Source: Lama glama
Lineage: Eukaryota
Length of the DNA stretch: 64,000 nt
NCBI GenBank assembly: GCA_028534125.1
Contig: CM052816.1
Coordinates: 56,298,001 to 56,362,000, forward strand
Direction of reading: 5' to 3'
In this document: positions 38,601 to 50,030 of the stretch, piece after piece
Position numbering within the stretch: the stretch's first letter is position 1
How the letters are laid out: the number at the start of each line of letters is the position of its first letter
Translations under genes and position numbers: made by a program
The notes under the pieces: generated by a model
Told to the model about the DNA's origin: nothing
The model's input: the letters and a program-made list of their open reading frames with translations, nothing else
The model's database searches: none

Positions 38601-38980
38601 AGTACAGGTGTGTTTTTAAAATTCAAAGAGCTTGGAAGTTCCAAGTCTCCCTTTATATCTCCTTCTCTTTGGAGAGACTGATTCATAGAATAAATATGAA
38701 TATAAGAGATTAAACTGGATCATAATAACAGAGGGCTACCAGCCTTCAGGAAAACTGCACAGTAGGTAATAGAGAGGAGAGAAAAGGACAGACGATTAGG
38801 CTTTGCTTTAGTCAGTCACGCACAGGGAAATTCTACTCAAAAACACACAAGTAGTTTCAGTTTTCTTTATGTTACCTTGAAATTTCAAGTGGAATTTTAT
38901 AAATAGGAGAGCCAAGAGTTACTAGCCTGGTGATATTCAGTAGTTACTTTTATATATGGTTTAAAAATTTTTTAAAAAAA

Positions 38981-39016
38981 TTTTTTGATGGAGGCACTGG
39001 GGATTGAACCTAGGAC
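38981..39016 (-). mobile_element. Vic-1-like camelid tRNA-derived SINE, 3' fragment only
   Basis: 'ttttttgatggaggcactggggattgaacctaggac'; reverse complement has a B-box-like 'ggttcaatcccc' plus an A tail. Confidence 0.7.
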
Positions 39017-39283
39017 TTGAGCTTCAGTCCCCACAGGGTGATAAAAGGGTCAGATGATACCTACACATGGAGTGGGTCATGGTACAGGAGATGACACCTG
39101 AGTTTAGGGAAACCAAATCTTTTGTAGTGGAACTAAGCTCTGGAGAGAGACATTATCTCTGTCTTCGAAGACTATTCTCTATTCAAACATCCTTGAAAAA
39201 GTCGTCCAGAATAAAGGGCAGTCAAGGGCTTGCTAACAAGATGTGCAGAATGTGAGTGAGCCATGGGGAGCTGTCTCCCCACA
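39017..39283 (-). mobile_element. ERV1-class LTR 5' portion (MER89/MER90/MER34-like; exact family uncertain)
   Basis: Reverse complement begins 'tgtggggagacagctccccatgg..ttctgcacatcttg..gactgcccttt..ttttcaaggatgtttg', a recalled eutherian ERV1 LTR start; 3' part missing. Confidence 0.75.
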
Positions 39284-40837
39284 TATATACCCCAGGAATA
39301 AGGATGGAGGAGTCCTGCTGCCTTCACCATCTCAAATTACTGGAGTAAACCAATATTCACCAAAAAGAACAGCCAAACTGTGCCAGCACTTCTGTGGTCC
39401 CCAAGCAAAGGCAGCGGAGTCTCCCAGTGGAAAGTGCTGGGACCACCCGGCTGGGATCTCTCGACTCTGTCCCTCTGCCCAGTTAGGGGAACCCCCCTCC
39501 AATGTCCAGTGCAGCCGCTGGCTGTGAGGACACTCCAGACGCAGTCAGCTTTCCTTCATCCGAGGAGGCTGCAGGGCCGTGGGTTCTGTGACTGGGTAAG
39601 AGGGCCAGCCTCTAGGGAGGAGACTACCCCTGTGGACTGAGCTTTCCGGATTCAGCTTGGTAGACTCAGATAGAAACACACGATCCTGTGATTGGCACTG
39701 AAACGGTGTTCAACTGAAAGGGGCAAAATGTGTAAGAGGGGTCTTAGTGAACAGAAGTGGAAACAGACAGGCGGGGGTGCCAGGGAAGGAGCGTGGAGAA
39801 ACTAACAAGCCACACATAGCCCTTTCTTGTCTAATCTTATGAAGTCTCCTGTCCCCTGCGAAGGTGCAGACGGAGCTCTCAGCGCTGCAAAGACCGCAAT
39901 CATTTTGGTAAGGGGCGGCGGGTGTTATGTGTTGCTGTTTTAAGCTGAGTAAGATATCTGCCTCCTTCAGGACTGGATCCTTGGAAAACACAAGTGGGGC
40001 TGAAGCTATCAGTTTCTGGATATTTAATACGTGGCCTTGATAGAAGTACGTGGGAGAGGAGCCTTCCATCAGAGCAAGACTGAGACTAAGATACAGATAC
40101 CCGATAGAGTAACCGATCAGTGTTGAGACACCCAGTCAAGGGGAAACAAATGGCTTCTCCACCTGCCCCATTAACCGCGAGTCCTCGGGCTGCCTGGGGC
40201 AAACGACACGGGGGAGGCTCCCTAGGACACCGTTAAGCAGCTGCAAATTGAACCATTAATCTCCTGATAGTCTTGGAGCAAAACCAGCTCCCCAGCTGAT
40301 GGAAATGCTGATGGGCTCCATGCTGGGAAAATTCTTCTGGCTGCAAGGGTGGCCCTCCCATGGGGAGCTGTGGGGATTGGTTTGGGGGGATGGCAAGTCC
40401 CCTAGCAGCACCCAAGCATTTTATTACAATCATAAAGGGGAATGAGGGTGCCATACTCCCCTGGAATTTGCAAATGGTTTCAGCCTCAGCGATTTGATCG
40501 TCTTTCTCAGCAGCAGCAGCAGAGGGGAAGGGACCCATTTCTGCCATGAGTGTGCCAGGGTGGTTCTTAACGTTGAGCCTTAGGGAGTCCTGTCACAGGA
40601 ATGTGGGCCATCACACCGTTTGCAGGCTGCCGCTCACGGACGGAAGTCTGCCTGGGCTGTGAATCCGAAGGTCTCCTCTCTTGGAGCACAGACCACTGAG
40701 CACACTGTGTGATGGGGAAGGAGGCTATTTTGGGGGGCTTCAAGGCTTCCCACAGATGGCTTTGCCTCTGGAGTTGAGAGAACTTTCTGGGGTCCCAGAT
40801 CTGCTGCAGAACATGCTTGGTACATAATAGCATGTAA

Positions 40838-41020
40838 CAATTATCACCCCGTCTCTGTGTCCTAGGTACTGTTCCAAGGGCTTTAGATGTATTAAATTAT
40901 GCAAAGCTTCAAAATCTCTCAGTTTGGTACTGGACATTGAGGCAGAGCATCTAAGTAACTTGTTCAAGGTCACCCAGCAGGTAAAGAGCAGAACCAGCCT
41001 CTGAGCCAGGCAGCGGGCTC
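40838..41020 (-). mobile_element. MIR SINE
   Basis: 'ggtactgttccaagggcttta...tgaggcagag..taagtaacttgttcaaggtcacccagc.ggtaa'. Confidence 0.85.
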
Positions 41021-41299
41021 TTCACCTGTGGGATGTGCACTGCTCATGCGCACTGACTCAATGGTTGCAGACCGACAGGGTGCTGATGACAGGGACCCTC
41101 TTCTGGTCACAGAGGACTAGCCGCAGCGGCCTGACTGCAGGTGCATTTCTCACAGCGCCTGCCTCCTCCGGGCTGTGCTCTGCCTGCCAGTCTGGACACC
41201 CTGGTGCCCTGTCCAGCTGCTTTGCTGGAGTGCTCTGACGGCCACGGCCTCCAGTCCGGTTCTGTTTTCAGGGCTGGACTCTGCCCAGTGCAGGGGAGA

Positions 41300-41400
41300 G
41301 GACTTGAGGCCACTCATCTTTAAACTGGAGCTTACCTTGGGAAGAAAAGAGGGGCCAACCCTTGTGAAAGCGCTTAACATACAACTTAGCACACAGTAGG
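41300..41400 (+). mobile_element. MIR 3' fragment
   Basis: 'ctcatctttaaactgg...tgtgaaagcgcttaacatacaacttagcacacagtagg'. Confidence 0.65.
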
Positions 41401-42503
41401 CTGTCACCTCATCTCCATTCCTTTCCCCTGCCTTTTTCCTATGAAATATAGCTGCCAGAATAAAGAAGTGCCTATTTTAGCCAGAGGCCCTAGGAATTTC
41501 TTGTGTTTGCTTAGTCCCCCAGAAGAGGAACTGTGGGTGTATGTGGGTTAGAGGTGTGAGCGGGTAGGACTCTGCAGTGTACACACCAGACCGTCTGTAA
41601 CGATGTGGCTCGTATGTTTGAAAGCCAAGGCTATGTTCATACAAGGCCTGAGTATGTTTTTACAGCTCCACAAACCATTCATCCATCTCAGCAGGACTTT
41701 TTTAGAATTTCGCCAATTTTAGCATTTTGATGTTTTCTCTTTTCTCTTAAAAGAGTGATTTACATTGTAAAGCAGTTTTTGGCCTTGGCAGGCTTTGGAG
41801 TTGGTGCCTGGACATTTTTTCTTCAACCGTTTATTCAGGATGGAGGATCCAGCTTGGAGAGATCCTGAACTCTATGAATTTTGTTAAAAAATTCAGCTCC
41901 AACTTCTTTTTGAGCATAAAAGTAAAATAACTGGTTTCAAAATATACACATAACTTTCTTTGTTGGGATCCCTGCTGGTACCTGGGGGGATCTTTGGGAA
42001 CATGGGGTCCTGGAAAATTCCAGGAAGGCTGGGATGAGGATTTTCTGGGGCCCTTGACAGAGGGCTGGTAGAGGCAGGAGCTTGGGCAGGGGTTGGCCCA
42101 GGGGTTTCCAGGAAGTGAGGGCTCTTAGTATGGTCTCTGGCTGCCCAGAAAAAGGTAAACTTCATTCATTTCACAACTAATTTTTATCTGAACATGAGTA
42201 CATGGGGAGAGAAAATTATGGCTTCATGTTTTTTTTTTTTTTTGCAAAGTGATTTGAATTCCATCCAGATGTGTCATAATGAAAACTGCTCTTCATAATT
42301 GCATCCAGCCTGTATTTAACAGGCTCATCACTTGCAGGACCAGGAGCTGCCGAGTTCAAGTTGGATCACTGTGATGTTTGTCGGTGATAATGCCCCATTC
42401 TCCAGACGAAAAAAGTAGAAAACTATTCTGAAAAATGCCTTGGGCTGTATGCAAATTAAAGGCTGACCTGGGACATCTCCTGATGGCCTGTGAGTTTGTT
42501 TGC

Positions 42504-42580
42504 TTATTTATTTATTTTTATTGATGTATAGTTGATTTACGATGTTGTGTTAATTTCTGGTAAACAGCATACTGAGTCAG

Positions 42581-42624
<44 letters not shown>

Positions 42625-43126
42625 TCTTTTTCACTATAGGTTATTACAAGCTATTGAATAAAGTTCTCTGTGCTGCACTGTAGGACCTTGTTTGTCTAGT
42701 CTGTATATAGTAGTTTGTACATGCTAATCCCAAACTCCCCATTTATCCTCCCCCTCATCCCTTTTCCCCTTTGGAAACCATAAGTTTGTTTTCTATGTCT
42801 GTGAAACTCTTTCTGTTTTCTAAATAAGTTCATTTGTGTCATTTTTTAGGATTCTAAATATAAGTGCTATCATATAATGTTTGTCTTTATCTGACTTAAC
42901 TTCATTTAGTATGATAATATCTAGGTCCATCCATGTTGCCACAAAGGGCATTATTTTATTCTTTTTTATGGCTGAGTAGTATTCCATTGTATACATATAC
43001 CACAGCTTCTTTATCCAGTCATCTGTTGATGGACATTTAGGCTGTTTCCATGTCTTGGCTATTGTAGATAGTGCTTCTGGGAACATCGGGGTGTGTGTAT
43101 CTTTTCGAATGAGAGTTTTCTCCAGA
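42504..43126 (-). mobile_element. 5'-truncated cetartiodactyl L1 (ORF2 end plus 3'UTR) containing (AC)17(AT)4
   Basis: ORF 42820..43164 'RKDTHTPMFPEALSTIAKTWKQPKCPSTDDWIKKLWYMYTMEYYSAIKKNKIMPFVATWMDL' is the L1 ORF2 C-terminus; microsatellite at 42583-42624. Confidence 0.97.
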
Positions 43127-43215
43127 AGTTTCTGTATTTTACTACTTTCTTCACTCTGGCCCATTTGACAGCTGCCTATTTGGACATGGGAGCCAATGAC
43201 TTTCCCAAGAGCAAG

Positions 43216-43352
43216 CAGGACCAGTTTGGAGGGTGTGTGTGTCTGCCATCACACAGGGCCTGCTGCGTCTAAGGGCCCACACTTGGTTTGTGCTGTGTGT
43301 GGCTGTCCTGAAATTCTTACTATTTTTAAAACAAATTGGGTAGCCAGTCCCG
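43216..43352 (+). mobile_element. MER45A-like hAT-Tip100 element with internal deletion
   Basis: 'caggacc...cacagggcc..aagggccc.cacttggtt..ctgtcctgaaattcttactattttt..caaatt..gtagccagtcccg'. Confidence 0.75.
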
Positions 43353-44334
43353 ATGGTCAGACTGAACCCTGTTAATTCGCCCTGATGGGTAATAGGCCCT
43401 TTCTTCCCTCCCTCCCTGCTTCTCCATCTGTGTCACCTTGGTGCCCCTTGGGTGTTGTAGATGGTGGTTTCACCTCTCACAGCCGCTGTCAGTTACCTTG
43501 GCAGCTTGGCCAACACGGGAAGAGCCGAGGGCTGCGAGTGATCTGACCAGGCAGCAGGATGTTCTCATACTCAGGCTCCAGGAACACATGGAACCTTGAG
43601 GGGAGTCCATGCAGCTCTTAGAGTGAACACTACAAGTGGCAGTGTCACCCACAGCCAGGAGGATCTGTGTGGCCACTTACAAAGGTATGAGCATTGTCCT
43701 GGGAGAGGGGTGGCGAGGGGCATTGTTTTGAAAGTAAAAAGAAATTGTTCTGGATGTTGAGGTTGATGAGGGACCCAACGCCGTGACAGGTAAAGATCTG
43801 TCTTTGAGTCGCACGTGCAGAAAGGGGACGTGCACACGGGCGTCTTCTTATCTGCCATGTCGCCATACCCTGTATTTATTGAGTGAAGCCCTGTCTGGTA
43901 TTCCTTCATGCTGAAACGTAGATAAAACTGATCTGTGTCTCAAGCTATAGCCATCTGGGGTACCTTCTGTAGATGGAATGTTTGAGTGAAGTGTTTGGGC
44001 CAGTTTAGATTCCACAGCGCTAGGAACCAAATTCCTGGTCAGTGTGCGAAGGTAGAGAACCCTGGTCACACAGCCACACACAGGTGCAAACGAACACATA
44101 CGCAGAACTTGACGTTAGACAAGCCTGGACCACAGAGAGAAGGGTGCACAACACTGAGTGTGCACAGTTTATGGTGATGCTGGAAGGGGTAGGGGGTGGG
44201 GCGGAACCTGAATGGCACCCCCGGGCTGTGCCTGCCCCGAAGTCTTGCCTTTTTCTAATGTACACAAAGGCTAGGAATGGGCTGGCTCCACTTCCTCTGA
44301 CTGATTCCTCACCTTGGATTCTACCATAGGATTT

Positions 44335-44470
44335 CTTTAATTAAAAAAATTTTTCCCCTGATTTCAAAGGTAAAAATTAGTCTTTGTGTAAAAACTTGGA
44401 AAAAATGAAAAAGAATAAGGAAAATTATTCTGAATCCCATAACCCATAACTCCGTGACAATCACTGTCCT
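44335..44470 (-). mobile_element. Ancient L1ME-like 3' fragment
   Basis: 'ttttcccctgattt.aaaggtaa...tgtaaaaacttggaaaa..gaa..aatcccataaccca'. Confidence 0.5.
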
Positions 44471-47400
44471 CTTTTTCCAAAGTTTTTTTTTTTTCTTGTA
44501 AAGGAGTAAGTCCTCTGTTGCAACGAAAGGATGGTTTTACATACAAATGTCGCATGTGCCGTGTCTGTCTCCTGTGGGCGTGAACAGTCCTTAAGAATGA
44601 CTGTCTTTCTGTGGGGCTCCTTGTAAAATCTATTATTTTGTATCTCTTCTGACTAGATCTCTTTTTCTTTATCGTGATGGAGGAAGCTGTTTGTGTGTTA
44701 GGTTTGGTCTAATTGAGACTGAGAACTGACTGAGCTAAAAACCCACCATCCTCTTTTTAGGAGGGAAATGATTATTCAAGTGTTCAAATAAAGTTTTAAC
44801 TGCACGACCAGAACCTCTTAAGCTCGTAACCTTCCTGTGTTTGTCGAGCTTAAAGTTGTCTGGACTGTTGAGAGTTTCCTGTGCTACTTTCATGAATGGA
44901 TCCTGTGGATAAAGATCTCACAGACCAGTCTTTGAGTGGCCAGGGGACTGGCGTTAGAGAGAGAAGAGATTTTCATATTTTTTCTTTTCTTAGTTAAAAA
45001 TCATTAAAGCCCTTTGTGTTTGTATGGCTTGAAAGACAAGGGGACCAATAGTTAACTCGAGAGTTAAATTATAACTTCGTACCATCTATGTGAAGACTTC
45101 TTTAAAAAAGAAAAGAAAAATCAATGTCCAAATTGAGTGGGGGAAATCCTTTCTCATAATCCACTCTTTCAACTTTCATCTGATATCCCCTTCAGCCTTT
45201 AAAGAAAATGATTTGCTGTGTGCACTTGGATGAAAATGCCTACGTTGCTCTTTTGTTTTGTTTTGGAGTTTTCAAAAGTGTAGCTGAACTTACTCAATTT
45301 AATTCAGCCAGCATTTCAGCGTTAGAGGCACCTACCTGGTGAGGCCGAGGAGAGGCAGGGTCAGAACAAAAGCAGAAGGCACCGGTATGGAGCCTAACTA
45401 GCTAGATCAGGGGGATCTTACTCCTAGACATAAATGGGACGCTCATTATCCATGATTCGTTCTCATCACAAAATCGCTTGTATCTTCCTATGACAGGGAT
45501 GATAATACGGCATCTGACTTCACTAGCAGTTTTATGAAAGGGCTGCAGCTAAACTTGAGACCCCCGGTAATCAGATGAGTATATTGTGGCATCACCCCAG
45601 ATTCAATGGGGCAGCACCCCGAGGTCCTCTTAGTCATTTTGGGGTTCTAGAAGCCATCCCAAGGGCCCTGGCTGGGATGGGCCCCAGGAACATCTTGGTT
45701 GGTTTTGTCCATCCCTCAGTCCCCCAGGAATTTCCCTAGGACTATCAGAGGACTTGCAGACCCATGGCTGTGGTTGACCCCACGGGATTGTACCCGTCTC
45801 TAGTTCTAGCCCGTGGGTGCAGACAGAGAGTGTGCACAGTGGATTGGCTGTTGCACCTACAGACTTCCTGGGATGGGCCAGGAGGCCCTGGCCATGCTCT
45901 AGGGCTCTGGCAGTTTTGACCCTTTTGCTTTCTTTGTCTGATGAATAAATGACCATGGAATTGTCATAGTGCAGAAGGTGGACCTCCTTTGGGAGTGCTG
46001 TTTCGTATTGCTTAACATCCCTTTGTGGGATAGCTTTCAATTCTCGGCAAAAGTGAAACGCAGATTAGAAAATTTACCCCCACTTGGGTAATGTGTAAAG
46101 TTCATAGGGATTAGATACCTGGGCCCTTCCAGAGAAAGCCCTGCGTCCTGAGACCCTGACTCTTACCGGAGTAGCTCTCTCAGCTCATAGGTCTTCCTTA
46201 ACAGAATCAATGTGTTTCCAAAATAGTGCACAGGAGAATTGATTTTTGTCCAAAGCAGTTCTATTTTTAGAGGCCACAGAGATGCTTTTTCTTTCAAAAG
46301 AATCAAGTTGCACATCATTTTCTAAAGAAAGCCTGAGTCTCTGTTCATTTTATCTTCTAGATCAAATCTTTTAAAGTAGATAACTTGTATATTCATTAGA
46401 AATTAGGCAACAATTATCCATCAAAATGATAATGGTGTATCTGTTAATTATGTGTCTTTCTAAAAAAAAAAACAAAACCAGAAGAGTTCTTATAAATAGT
46501 GCATTTACATCTTGAAAAGAGGATATTATTTATACACATTTTGTTGTTGTTTTGGTCCTCTGTTCTTCTGGCAGACTATTTTGCCACCACTGGTAGCATT
46601 TTCTTCTCACATTCCATTTTCAAATGTTAATCATTATTCATTCCTAGTGACCTCTCCACGCACAGCCCAGAATATAGTTCTTAAGGGCTGCCGCTCCAGC
46701 AGTGGTGGGGAGGGGCTCTGGGGGCTGCAAATGACCTGGGGTCATGTCCTGGGTGGGAAAGAAGATGAAAGGTTCGTCGAGTGGTCACCCTCCGGGCCCT
46801 GGGGAAGGTGGGCCTCTCCAGGCTGGAGAAACTGAGAAGGAAGCCTGTCCCCTTGCGGTCCTGGCTGTGCTCAGGCAGCCAGGACTTGCAGGTTCCCAGA
46901 ATCCCCTTTGATTTGCTGCCCATTCCGCGTGATGTTTAGTAATAAACAGAGTTCAATGACCAGTCTAGACAAACAAATCACGGCTCTGGCAAAGCCTGGG
47001 TTCTGATGACATGTTATGTCTTTGCTGTGCGGGGAGGAAGGAGCCGGCTTTGAAACTCAAACGCAGTGCCTTTGTGAGCTAACAGCAAGTAGAGAGGCTG
47101 AGATGGGAATTCAGACAAACAGTCCCTCCTCGGGCCAAATTAGAAGGTATTCCCTGCTTTGTGGCTTGTGAATTTCCGGCTCTGTCTTCCTCCAGGCGTT
47201 AGGAAGCTGCACTGAACTTGAGTGAAATGCGAGAGGCTTAAATATTAGTATCTCTGAAGCCCTCAGGGTAGTCACAACCACCTGCCTTCCCCGGAGCAGC
47301 TGTCCTAAACAGTGTTCACTGGAGAGATACCATTTTTCTCTTTAAACAAAATATTTTTTCCAAGTTGGATTTTAATTGAGCCAGGAAGCCTTCCAAGATA

Positions 47401-48923
47401 TTTCCCGTTCCCTGGCTAGCTTGATCTGTCATTTGGAGGTGAAGGGAAGTCTCAGGGAACTTCCTCCTTTACTTGGTCTTTCTTCCTCCACCTATTGATG
47501 CAAGGACAGCATCAAACCTTGACAGGTTGTGTGTTATCAGCACGTAGGTAACACAGTAAAATCCCATTTCTATTGGGACTAAAGCAGAAAAAAGGCTAAG
47601 AAAGAGCTGGCTCACCGAATTCTCTGTAAAATAATCCTTAAGTGAAAACTACAGCTTTTTTTTTTTTGAACATGTGCTTCTTATAAATACAGTCCAAGAT
47701 GATAAACTGTATACAACAAAAAATGCTTAGAAAATGTGGTTGGTAGTATTCTTCTGTGATTGTATTTGGGCTGTTTTCAATTCAAAATCACTCATTTTTC
47801 AGCATTTATCAAGGGAGGCTCTTTTACAATTTTTAAAATACATTTTTCTTTGCCAGCATTGAATTGTTTACTCAATGTTAATGGTGCCTCACAAATATTT
47901 ACTGACTCTCTCTGTAAACTGTCCTCTAAATTAGAGCAGAAGTTTCAAAACTCTAACTCCCCTTTGGTATCCAGCCTTTTAAGGTAATCTCTCTGCTGGT
48001 ATCTGTGCAATTAGTTGAAAGCATTTTAATAACAGGGAATAATAATTGCTGTTTGCTTATCATTGAGAGGAATTTCCCCCCGCCCCGTGCCCTCCTGCAT
48101 TTATTTTCAGGGAGATTAGATTGTTCTGTAGCACAGAGTGATGCTGATAAAAGACTTGAATTACTGTGTGAGAGATTCTGGTGGATGAGAAACCAGAATT
48201 TGCAGAATTTTTGCTCATACTTTGTGGAGAAATGAGAATCTTCAATTCCTACAATTTCTGAAAATGTAGGGACTGCTGGAGTAAAAGGTGTTTATATAGA
48301 TAGTCATAAATCTATAAAAATGTTTCTGTGTGCAACAAAATGTGCAGAGGTGAACAAACAATCAGGGGATAAGAACTGAAAACCTAAGCTTTACTGCTCT
48401 TTTCAGGGAAGAGGTTTTGTCATGGACGAAAATTAATTCCTCTACAGACCAATTTGGGAAAAAAGGAAATGTGTTCATTTGCATTATTCTATTTTAGTAG
48501 AATGCAATTTCCATATGCATTTTTTTTTCTTAAGGAACAAAACATGACCGATTCCATATATTAATTTGAATTGCAACATGAAAGAATTATCCCTGTTAAC
48601 ATTTACCCCAGCTCTGAGTTAAACTTTCAAGATTTTATTAACTTAATGCCTGTGTTAATTAGATTTCAGGGATCAAGCCCTGTATTAAATGAGGTCAGTT
48701 AATATACATTGTATGGATAAATGTACTTGTGACTAGAACTACAATTAATAGGATGCAAACATATTAAGCCACTTCTCAATACTGCAAAGATTCATCAGTT
48801 TAAACTCTGAAATTCAAGGGGTTCAGGCCATCCTTTGTCTGGGAAATGTTACTCAAGGAGCTGCAGAATTTCAAACAGGAGTCGCAGCTCTCCAGCCTCA
48901 TCACATTGATTTATTAATTTTCC

Positions 48924-49040
48924 TATTCATTCAACAAATGAGGGCCGACTATGTGCCAGTCTCCCTGCTGTGTGCTGGAATAACTGGTGAGCAGAAGCAG
49001 GTCAGCTCCCACCCTCATGAGGTGGATCTTAGGGAGAGTT
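48924..49040 (-). mobile_element. L2 3' terminus
   Basis: 'attcattcaacaaatgagggccgactatgtgccag..ctgtgtgctgg..ggtgagca..ccctcatg'. Confidence 0.75.
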
Positions 49041-49799
49041 GACCTATTAGATCCGCATTTTGAAATGCTTAGTCTCACTTATTTGAAGTTTTAAAGAGAA
49101 TTATAATATTTGATTGAACTCCTGGAAGAGAACCTTTAAATACCAGAAATATTAAAAAGGTGACCTGTATTTGGTGATGGGACTATGGCTTGAATTTCCA
49201 AGAAGCTTTGTAATACTATGATAGTTTATATTTTGTGTTGCAGAGGTTAAAAAAAAAGAATAATTACACTGATTTTTGTCTCCCCTCCCTTTCTGGATTT
49301 ATTTATTGATCTGGTAAAGGCTAAAGTTTTTGTTGGTTTAATTAACAGCTACATAATGGGTAGGAATTTACAAGCAGTTGAGCTTAATCTCTAACTCGAC
49401 ATCCTATTCTCCTTGGGAACTGACCATTTAATTTTGCCCATTCAAGGGGAAGTCCAGTTAGTGACGACCCCCCCATTTCCTGCCTAGGTCCGGTCATTTG
49501 CAGAGTTCTGCCCCTTCCCCTAGACCCGGGGGTGGCATCTAGCTTCACAGGGAGGGGATGGCAGCACTCCCAGAGTGGAGTTGGGGAATCCTCTGGCCCC
49601 TGGCCTGGGGTTGGCACTCTATGAGATGTTCTTGGCCTTCTGGTCCTCAAGGGCTGTTGGCCTCAATCCCTCCGGGATTCTGCTGCTGTGTCCACGTAGC
49701 CTCTCCCTGCCAGCCCTCCAGCCCCACCACCACTCCACACTCCACATCGTCCACCTTCCTGTCAGGAGAACCCCTTCGGGTCTGCACACCTTTCTTTGC

Positions 49800-50030
49800 G
49801 CTTCCACGCCCTGGCTGTGGGGGCGGGGATCTCCACAGACACCTCCCTGGCCCTTTCAACTTTACCCCCTAGAGCACTGGTGGGGTGGAAGACCTCTAGG
49901 AGAATTTGCTGCACTAGGATTTCAAGCACAAACTCCTCTGCTCTGGGAGGTCCTACTGGCATTTAATGCGGGCGGGGTTTGGGGGGCGGGGCGTGGAGCA
50001 TGGGGGTGTGGCGAGGGGCGTGGCGAGAGA
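49800..50030. promoter_or_regulatory. KLF/SP GC-box cluster with G-quadruplex motif; candidate promoter or enhancer
   Basis: GGGCGG (49970), GGGGCGGGGC (49983-49992), GGGGTGTGGC (50003-50012), GGGGCGTGGC (50015-50024); upstream CCACGCCC and GGGCGGGG near 49804-49828. Confidence 0.55.

Noticed and set aside
24158..45736. Isolated kB sites (24158, 45727) and scattered AP-1/RUNX motifs as a window-wide enrichment
   Set aside because: Numbers look close to chance expectation for 64 kb; only clustered composites were retained
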